DNA from: an uncultured Deinococcaceae bacterium | Lineage (GTDB): Bacteria; Deinococcota; Deinococci; Deinococcales; Deinococcaceae | Direction: 5' to 3' | DNA: 64,000 nucleotides | NCBI GenBank assembly: GCA_964252075.1 | Contig: CAXULY010000018.1 | Span: 33,740-97,739, forward strand | In this document: positions 1 to 6,686 of the stretch, one piece after another | Position numbering within the stretch: position 1 is the first letter of the stretch | Layout: the number at the start of each line of letters is the position of its first letter | The notes under the pieces: model-generated | Seen by the model: only the letters and a program-made list of their open reading frames with translations | The model's database searches: none | Told to the model about the DNA's origin: nothing | Position numbers and translations under genes: made by a program

Positions 1-80
1 ACGACCAGCGCGTAGCGGCGCTCCAGCGCGGCGAGCAGACGCTCCGGGGCGGCGGGTGATGGTGAGGGGGGCAGCGGCAC
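1..80 (-). CDS. N-terminal fragment of a gene running off the window edge (MPLPPSPSPAAPERLLAALERRYALV...)
   Basis: GTG at 80-78 with an open frame to the edge; CACGGT 6 nt upstream resembles a degenerate -10 box; divergent from the 111 gene. Confidence 0.4.
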   Translation of the reverse strand, partial: MPLPPSPSPAAPERLLAALERRYALV

Positions 81-110
81 GTCCCCACCGTGCGCGTTAG
101 GCTACCGGGA

Positions 111-785
111 ATGGCAGGGGGTGATTCCGGTAGGGAGTCCACGGAGGTGCACACCGTCACGGACGCGCGTCTGGCGCGGGTCCTGACGGACCCGGTCGCC
201 CGGCCGTACTTCGAGCCGTTCCTGGGCCGGGCGCGCAGCGCGACGGAAGCGGCGGTCGAGGCGGGCTGCGCGCTGGACGTCATGCTGTACCGCGTGCGGG
301 TGTTCCTGAAGGTGGGGCTGCTGAGGGTCGTGGAGGTGCGGCCCCGCAAGGGGCGCGCCATCCGGGTGTACCGCACGGCCTTCGACGCGTACTTCATCCC
401 GCACGCGCTCACGCCCTTCGCGACGCTGGAGGAGCGCCTGTACACGACCGCCGAGCCGCACCTGCGCGCCTGGGCGCGGTCCGTCGCGGGTCGCCTGCGG
501 GCGCGCGACGCGTCCGGCGTGCGGCTGTACCGCGACACCTTCGGTCAGGTGTTCTCGCAGTCGGCGGCCAGTGGGGCCGAGGTGGGTGGCCTGGACCTGC
601 GTCACCTGGCGCGGGCCGACCGGCCGCCGGGCTTCGACGTCACCAGCACCCTGCACCTCACCGAGCCGGAAGCGCGCCTGGTGCAGGCGGCGCTCGCCGA
701 GCTGTTCCAGGCGTGGCGCTCCCGGTCCGCGCCCGGCGAGGGCCAGCCCTACGCCCTGAGTGTGTTCTTCTACCGGGAGCCGTGA
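111..785 (+). CDS. Winged-helix (ArsR-like) transcriptional regulator, Deinococcus type
   Basis: LTDPVARPYFEPFLG...SATEAA...YRVRVFLKVGLLRVV...RKGRAIRVY wHTH pattern; C-terminal LHLTEPEA; TAGGCT -10 box 7 nt before ATG 111. Confidence 0.75.
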   Translation: MAGGDSGRESTEVHTVTDARLARVLTDPVARPYFEPFLGRARSATEAAVEAGCALDVMLYRVRVFLKVGLLRVVEVRPRKGRAIRVYRTAFDAYFIPHALTPFATLEERLYTTAEPHLRAWARSVAGRLRARDASGVRLYRDTFGQVFSQSAASGAEVGGLDLRHLARADRPPGFDVTSTLHLTEPEARLVQAALAELFQAWRSRSAPGEGQPYALSVFFYREP

Positions 786-821
786 CGCGCGGCGGCCCGC
801 CCGGCCAGACGCGGGGGGCCC

Positions 822-1460
822 TCACGCCCGCCGGTCCTGCGGGGTGAGCAGCACCGTGATCGCCCAGCGCTCACCCGCGTCGTCCTGAACCGCCTGGAAT
901 TCCTCCAGCAGCTGATTCAGGCGCTCCTTGAAGGCCAGGGCGCGCCCGGGGGTGAGGCGCAGGTCCGCGCCGGTGCCCACCACGCCGCCGAGGCGCGGCT
1001 CGTCGCTGCGCCTCAGCGGCCGGATGCTGTTCTCCAGCTGGTCGTTCATCCAGTCCACGCGCACCTCCCACTGGCCTTCCGCGCGCGCCATGGCGACCGC
1101 GAGGTGATCGAGCTGCTCGCGCAGGCGCAGCTCGAAGCTGCTGCCGATCAGCTCGCGCAGGGTCGCGGCGGGCGTCACCTCGAAAGGCACGCGCCACGGC
1201 AGCGGCAGGTGATAGAGCCGCACGGGCCGCCCGGCGCGCGCCCGCAGGCCCGAAAGGTCCACCACGCCCGCCGCGAGCAGGCGCTCCAACTGCGCGTGCA
1301 CGCTGGAGAGGGGCCGGTCGAGGGTGCGCGCGAGGTCACCGGCGCTGGCGTCCCCGAGCCGCGCGAGTTCCGTGAGCAGCGGCTGCAGCCGCGCATCGAG
1401 CAGCAGTCGGGCCTGCAGGGCGTCCGCGCTGCGTTCCAGCTCAGGCCGGACCAGGGTCAT
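822..1460 (-). CDS. Winged-helix (ArsR-like) transcriptional regulator, paralog of 111-785
   Basis: SAGDLARTLDRPLSSVHAQLERLLAAGVV...RAGRPVRLY; C-terminal LRLTPGRA; TACGCT -10 box 6 nt before ATG 1460. Confidence 0.8.
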   Translation of the reverse strand: MTLVRPELERSADALQARLLLDARLQPLLTELARLGDASAGDLARTLDRPLSSVHAQLERLLAAGVVDLSGLRARAGRPVRLYHLPLPWRVPFEVTPAATLRELIGSSFELRLREQLDHLAVAMARAEGQWEVRVDWMNDQLENSIRPLRRSDEPRLGGVVGTGADLRLTPGRALAFKERLNQLLEEFQAVQDDAGERWAITVLLTPQDRRA

Positions 1461-1533
1461 GCCTCCAGCGTACGCAGTTCCTGCTCCACTTTGCCTGTGG
1501 CGTTCGGAGTTGGGCGCGCCGCACCGTGAGGGC

Positions 1534-1695
1534 ATGATTGACTTCCAGCGTCCGCAGGAGCACCTGAGTGCCCTCCATCACGAGGCCGAGACGGTCCGGC
1601 AGCTGCGCCGCGCGCACCCGGACGCCGTGACCTTCACTGTGCGGCTGGGCGGCTGGCGCCTCACCGTCAGTCACGCCGCCCCGCGGGGCGCGTGA
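1534..1695 (+). CDS. 53-aa small protein translationally coupled to the MFS gene
   Basis: MIDFQRPQEHLSALHHEAETVRQLRRAH...; its TGA overlaps the MFS GTG (GTGA). Confidence 0.6.
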   Translation: MIDFQRPQEHLSALHHEAETVRQLRRAHPDAVTFTVRLGGWRLTVSHAAPRGA

Positions 1696-2924
1696 GCGCC
1701 CCCACGCGCCTCTGGAACCGCAGCTTCGTGCTGTGGTGGGTCGGCAACACGCAGAGCAACCTGGGCAGCACGCTGGCAGGCATCGCCTTGAGTTTCCTGG
1801 TGCTGCGCCAGACGGGCTCGGCGGGCGCGATGGGCGTCACGCTGGCGCTCGGCATGCTGCCCGCGCTCATCGCGCCGCTCGCGGGGACGCTCGCGGACCG
1901 CCTGCCGCTGCGCCTCCCGCTCCTGCTGGGCGACGTGCTGCGCGGCGCCATTCAGGTCACGGTGGGCGTCCTCGCGCTGCGCGGGGACGTGCCGCTGCTC
2001 GCGCTGAACGCCCTGGCCTTCCTGAACGGGCTGCTGCTGCAGCTCGTCGCGCCCGCCGCGATGGGCGTCCTGCCGCGCCTCGTGCCGCCAGGCGAGATCA
2101 CGCGCGCCAGCGCCCTCATGCAGTCCACCGGGCAGCTCGCGCAGCTGCTGGGCCTCGTGGGCGGCGGCGTGCTGGTGAGCCACGTGGGCAGCGCGAGCAG
2201 CCTCATCGCGGACGGCGTGAGTTTCTGGGTGATGGCGGCGCTCTTGCCGCTCATCGCGCTGCCGGGCCGCGCCGCCAGCGAGGGCCACAGCTTCTGGGCG
2301 GACTTCCAGGGCGGCCTGCGGTACGCGCGCAGCAGCCTCCTGACGCTGATGATGCCCGTCATCGGGTTCTTCATCAACGCGAGCCTCGCGCCGATCGAGG
2401 TGCTGCTCCCCAAACGCATGCTGGAACTCGGGGTGGGCGCGCAGGGCTACGGGGTGTTCTTCGGCATCTCGAGCGTCGGGATGCTGCTCGTCAGCCTCCT
2501 CGCGAGCGTCCTGAACCGCCGCCTGCCACTGCGCGCGGGGAGCGTGGCGGGCCTCGTGGGCATCGGGCTGGGCCTGCTGGTGCTGGCGCTCACCCGCACG
2601 CCCCTGCAGATGTACGCGGCGTCCGCGCTGTTCGGGCTGGCGGTGGGCCTCACGAACACCTGCATCGGCGCGCTCTTCGCGACGGTCATCGCGCCGGAGT
2701 TCCGGGGGCGCGTCGCGAGCCTCATGGGCGCGGTCGGCATGATCGGGCAGCCAATCACGCTGCTGCTCCTCGCGCCCTTCGCGGACCGCTTCAGCATGGG
2801 CGCCCTGTTCACCGGGGCGGGCCTCGTGACGCTCGCCGGGGCGGGCGTGTGGGCGTACGCGCTGCGCCGCACGCCCACGCCCGCCGCCCCGGAAGGGGAC
2901 GGTGCCCTGCAGCCCGCCCCATGA
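1692..2924 (+). CDS. MFS transporter (DHA3/macrolide-efflux-like)
   Basis: About 12 hydrophobic segments; LWNRSF N-terminus; motif A GTLADRLPLR; PEFRGRV. Confidence 0.9.
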   Translation: MSAPTRLWNRSFVLWWVGNTQSNLGSTLAGIALSFLVLRQTGSAGAMGVTLALGMLPALIAPLAGTLADRLPLRLPLLLGDVLRGAIQVTVGVLALRGDVPLLALNALAFLNGLLLQLVAPAAMGVLPRLVPPGEITRASALMQSTGQLAQLLGLVGGGVLVSHVGSASSLIADGVSFWVMAALLPLIALPGRAASEGHSFWADFQGGLRYARSSLLTLMMPVIGFFINASLAPIEVLLPKRMLELGVGAQGYGVFFGISSVGMLLVSLLASVLNRRLPLRAGSVAGLVGIGLGLLVLALTRTPLQMYAASALFGLAVGLTNTCIGALFATVIAPEFRGRVASLMGAVGMIGQPITLLLLAPFADRFSMGALFTGAGLVTLAGAGVWAYALRRTPTPAAPEGDGALQPAP

Positions 2925-2928
2925 CGCC

Positions 2929-4086
2929 TCAGGTCGTGTACTCCGCGTTGATGCTCACGTACGCCGCGCTCAGGTCGCAACCCCACGCCTCACCGCGCGC
3001 GCCCCCTACGCCCAGGTCAACCTCGAAGATCACCTCGTCCGCCCGCATGGCCTGCGACACCGCCGCCGCCGAGTACTCCAGCGGCCGACCCGCGAAGACC
3101 GGCGTGCCCTGCACCGACACCCGCATGCCCTCCAGGTTCAGCTGCGCGCCCGAGCGGCCCACCGCCATGATGACGCGCCCCCAGTTCGGGTCGTTGCCGT
3201 GCACGGCGCTCTTCAGGAGGGGACTCACGGCGCAGGTGCGCGCCGCGCGCAGGGCCTCGTGCTCGCTCGCCGCGCCCGACACGCGCACCGTGAGGAGCTT
3301 GGTGGCGCCCTCGCCGTCCGCCGCGATCTGCCGCGCGAGGTCCCGCATGACCGCCTCCAGCGCCTCCATGAAGGCCGCGTGATCCACCGCGCCCGCCACG
3401 CCGTTCGCGAGCACCAGCGCCATGTCGTTGGTGCTGGTGTCGCCGTCCACCGTCACGGCGTTGAAGGTGCGGTCCACCACCGCCTGGAACTCCGCGTGCA
3501 GGCGTGAGGCGTCCACCACCGCGTCCGTGAACACGAAGGCGAACATGGTCGCCATGTCCGGGTGAATCATGCCGCTGCCCTTCGCGACGCCCACCACCCG
3601 CTGACCGCCCGGCAGGGTCACGCTGGCGCTCTTGGGCCGCGTGTCGGTCGTCATGATGGCCGCCGCGAAAGGCGCGAGGTCCGTGGAGAGCGCCGCCCGC
3701 AGGCGCGTGACGCCGTCCCGCACCCTCGGCATGGGCAGCGGGTGCCCGATCACGCCCGTCGACGCGGTCAGCACGGTCTCCTGTGGCACACCCATCTGCT
3801 CTGCGAGGGCGCGCGCCATGTCGGCGTTGTCCCGCTCGCCCGCTGCGCCCGTCGCGGCGTTCGCGTTTCCGGCGTTCACCACCAGCGCGCGCACGCCCTC
3901 ATCCCCCGCGTACAGGGCGCGGTTGCGCGTCACGCACGCCGCCGCCGCCGTCGATCGCGTGCCCGCGAAGGCCCACACGCACGCGGCGTCACTCACCACA
4001 CAGCTCAGGTCGGTGCGGCCACTCGGCTTGATGCCGGCCGCCAGGGCGGCCGCGTGAAATCCCTGAGGGAAAACAGCAGAAGACAT
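2929..4086 (-). CDS. argJ: Glutamate N-acetyltransferase / ornithine acetyltransferase ArgJ
   Basis: NAGNANAATG, STGVIG, IMTTDT, KGSGMIHPDMATM, VDGDTSTND, DGEGATK, DPNWGR. Confidence 0.97.
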   Translation of the reverse strand: MSSAVFPQGFHAAALAAGIKPSGRTDLSCVVSDAACVWAFAGTRSTAAAACVTRNRALYAGDEGVRALVVNAGNANAATGAAGERDNADMARALAEQMGVPQETVLTASTGVIGHPLPMPRVRDGVTRLRAALSTDLAPFAAAIMTTDTRPKSASVTLPGGQRVVGVAKGSGMIHPDMATMFAFVFTDAVVDASRLHAEFQAVVDRTFNAVTVDGDTSTNDMALVLANGVAGAVDHAAFMEALEAVMRDLARQIAADGEGATKLLTVRVSGAASEHEALRAARTCAVSPLLKSAVHGNDPNWGRVIMAVGRSGAQLNLEGMRVSVQGTPVFAGRPLEYSAAAVSQAMRADEVIFEVDLGVGGARGEAWGCDLSAAYVSINAEYTT

Positions 4087-4198
4087 GCCGTCAGCTTAGA
4101 GGACCCGCACGAGATGAGGAGGGAAAAGGGCAGCGCTCATCCAGACTGCGTTTTTCCCGCGCCAGCACGTAGGTCACTAAGGGTGATACGCGGGCGTT

Positions 4199-4235
4199 AA
4201 CAGTGGCTCACGAGCCTTTAACGTGAGCCACTGTT
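4199..4235. promoter_or_regulatory. 14-bp perfect inverted repeat in the divergent argJ / surface-operon promoter region
   Basis: AACAGTGGCTCACG-agcctttaa-CGTGAGCCACTGTT. Confidence 0.55.
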
Positions 4236-4335
4236 TATTCACTTCGCTGTAACGGCCTCCTCACTATCCTCAACGTGGCTCTGAAACAAGCCGTGGAAAT
4301 CGGCATTAAGCCTCTAGCCCTGGGGAGGGAACAGC

Positions 4336-5271
4336 ATGAAGAAAGTTTATCTGGTACTCGGCGCGCTCATGTGCGCCTCCGCCGCGCTCGCGCAGGACAA
4401 CACCATCCAGTTCACGGCACCCGTCACGAACGGCGAGTCGTACGACACGGCGACCGGCGCGAACGGCAACAAGGCCACCGTGCAGCAGAAGGTCAACCTG
4501 ATCCTGCCGCAGGCGACGGGCCTGCACCTTACGGCGAACGAGCTGAACTTCGACATCAGCCAGATCGGTCAGCAGGGCAACGACTGGGCCTGCGTGTACG
4601 GCAACAACTACCAGGGCAACGACGTGAGCAGCGGCTTCGACGGCGGCTGGTCCGGCCAGAAGCAGACCCTGCCCTTGGGCGTGGCGTACACGACCGCGAA
4701 CCTGCCCTTCGGCAAGATCAACGTCCCCGGCAAGAAGGTCACGTCCTACCCGCCCATCGAGTTCACGGGCAGCAAGGACGCCGGCAACCTCGTGGCGGGC
4801 TCGAAGAACCACTTCGTGTGCTTCCGCATCTTCAAGCTGCAGAAGTTCTCGAACCTCGGGAACTTCGACCTGACCGTCACGCGCAGCGGCGGCATGACGA
4901 CGGCCGACGCGAAGCCCGGCGGCAACCCCGGCAGCACGGAAGGCACCTTCCAGGTGTACATGCAGGACAACCCCTGCTACGTCTGGAACCGCGCGGGCAA
5001 CGACGGCGGCAACGCCACCGGCCTGTACGAGGTCAAGCAGGGCGGCACCATTCACCTCATCCCGAAAGCCATGGGCGTCGGCACCACGGGTGCGCTCGCC
5101 GCGAGCTCGCCCGAGAACTGCTTCGCCAAGGACAAGGACGGCAACTACCAGGGCAAGAGCTGGCTCGACGACCTGGTCGTCGTGGCGGTGAAGGTCGACG
5201 GTGACAAGTTCGGCAAGAACAGCACCACCCTCACCTACACCCTGAACTCCTCGGCCGCCGCCTTCCAGTAA
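4336..5271 (+). CDS. Secreted beta-rich protein, putative major fibre/pilin-like subunit
   Basis: Sec signal peptide (MKKVYLVLGALMCASAALA-Q); four Cys in the mature part; C-terminal strand STTLTYTL; GGGAGG RBS; strongly biased codon use. Confidence 0.7.
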   Translation: MKKVYLVLGALMCASAALAQDNTIQFTAPVTNGESYDTATGANGNKATVQQKVNLILPQATGLHLTANELNFDISQIGQQGNDWACVYGNNYQGNDVSSGFDGGWSGQKQTLPLGVAYTTANLPFGKINVPGKKVTSYPPIEFTGSKDAGNLVAGSKNHFVCFRIFKLQKFSNLGNFDLTVTRSGGMTTADAKPGGNPGSTEGTFQVYMQDNPCYVWNRAGNDGGNATGLYEVKQGGTIHLIPKAMGVGTTGALAASSPENCFAKDKDGNYQGKSWLDDLVVVAVKVDGDKFGKNSTTLTYTLNSSAAAFQ

Positions 5272-5280
5272 TCAACGACA

Positions 5281-5312
5281 GAGGGGGCATGGACGTGCGT
5301 CCATGCCCCCTC
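5281..5312 (+). terminator. Intercistronic 14-bp stem-loop with no U-tract (mRNA stabiliser or partial terminator)
   Basis: GAGGGGGCATGGAC-gtgc-GTCCATGCCCCCTC directly after the 4336 gene stop. Confidence 0.65.
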
Positions 5313-5330
5313 ACCTTCAGGAGGAACCTT

Positions 5331-6164
5331 ATGCGTCTGCTGCAGCGAATCATCACCGTGATCTTCTTTGGCTCCTGGGCGCTCGGGCAGAGCATCGTCG
5401 GACTGGACCCCTCCAACAAGGTGTTTCACGTGACCCCCGGTCAGACCATCACGCAGAGCGTGGCGGTGTACAACCCGAACGAGGGCGCGGAGAGCTTCAA
5501 GATCAACGCGTACCTCGCGGATTTCACGTACAACCCCTTCGGGGAGATTCAGTACGCGAACAGCGGCACCTACCCGGAGAGCGCCAGCAAGTGGCTCACG
5601 GTGAGTCCCTCCACCGTGGAACTCAAGGGCCAGGACCGCCAGCAGGTGCAGTACACCATGACGGTGCCCGCCAACGCCAAGCCCGGCACGTACTGGGTGA
5701 TGCTGATGTTCGAGGCGCAGGCTCCCAACGCGCAACCTGGACAGCTCGCGGCCTTCCGCACGCGGGTCGCGCACACGGTGTGGGTGTTCGTGGACCCCAC
5801 CGTCAACAAGGGTGAAATCAGCGGGATTTTTGATCAGCAACCCAAAAATGAGAATCAGCCCGTGTATTTGGGCGTGCAGTACAACAACACCGGCAGCGCC
5901 GCAACCGGCGTGCAGGGCCGCATCGAGCTGCGCAACGAACAGGGCGACCTCGTGCAGACCGTGCCCCTCAAGCTGGAGGTGTCCCTCCCGGGCCGCAGCG
6001 TGCTGCTGCAGACGCCCGTCAGCGGCCTGAAGAAAGGCAAGTACTTCGCGCTGGCGGTGCTGAGCAACGGCTCGAAGGACCAGGACGTGGTGGGTGAATA
6101 CAACTTCGACGTGCCGTTCGACCTGAAGGGTGACGCCGTCGCCGCGACCGGGAGCCAGCCATGA
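5331..6164 (+). CDS. Secreted two-Ig-domain protein resembling a PapD-like pilus chaperone / DUF916-type protein
   Basis: Signal peptide; P..K.FHVTPGQT.TQSVAVYN, WLTVSPSTVELKGQDRQQVQYTMTVP, PGTYWVMLMFE, YNNTGS; AGGAGG RBS before ATG 5331. Confidence 0.7.
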   Translation: MRLLQRIITVIFFGSWALGQSIVGLDPSNKVFHVTPGQTITQSVAVYNPNEGAESFKINAYLADFTYNPFGEIQYANSGTYPESASKWLTVSPSTVELKGQDRQQVQYTMTVPANAKPGTYWVMLMFEAQAPNAQPGQLAAFRTRVAHTVWVFVDPTVNKGEISGIFDQQPKNENQPVYLGVQYNNTGSAATGVQGRIELRNEQGDLVQTVPLKLEVSLPGRSVLLQTPVSGLKKGKYFALAVLSNGSKDQDVVGEYNFDVPFDLKGDAVAATGSQP

Positions 6165-6676
6165 GGCGCGCGCTGGCACTCGCCTCGCTGCTGGTGCTGA
6201 ACTTCGCGGGCGCGCAGCTGCCCACCGCCCCACAAACGCCGCAGACGCCCCCCGACTGGCTGGTGCAGACCGTGATTCCCAACGCCCTCACGGTGCGCGT
6301 CCCGAAGGCCGGGCTGAGTTTCGCGATTGACAGCCTGAACTACCCGCCGCAGGCGTTCCCCGCGCAGTACCCGGCACAACCCTTCCCGGTGGATGTGTTC
6401 GTGAACACCCCCGGCACCTGGAACCTGCAGGTTCAGCTGCGCGACATCCGCGACGACAACGGCGTGCTGCTCATTCCGGTGAGTCACATCCTGTTCCGGG
6501 TGGACGGCGGCCCGTGGTTGCGCGCGAACGGGACGCCGCAGGTCATCTGGACGCAGCGCGGCGCGACCGTGGGGTGGCAGCGCGTCCCGGTCGAGTTCAC
6601 GCTGGAACTGGACGGCAGCGAGCAGGGCGGCAGTTACAACACGCACGCCACCTTCAGCGCCATTGTGCTGCCCTAG
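6161..6676 (+). CDS. Secreted single-Ig-fold protein, putative minor fibre subunit
   Basis: Signal peptide; VFVNTPGTWNLQV; C-terminal GGSYNTHATFSA; ATGA overlap with the upstream gene. Confidence 0.6.
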   Translation: MRRALALASLLVLNFAGAQLPTAPQTPQTPPDWLVQTVIPNALTVRVPKAGLSFAIDSLNYPPQAFPAQYPAQPFPVDVFVNTPGTWNLQVQLRDIRDDNGVLLIPVSHILFRVDGGPWLRANGTPQVIWTQRGATVGWQRVPVEFTLELDGSEQGGSYNTHATFSAIVLP

Positions 6677-6686
6677 GAGGTCTCTC

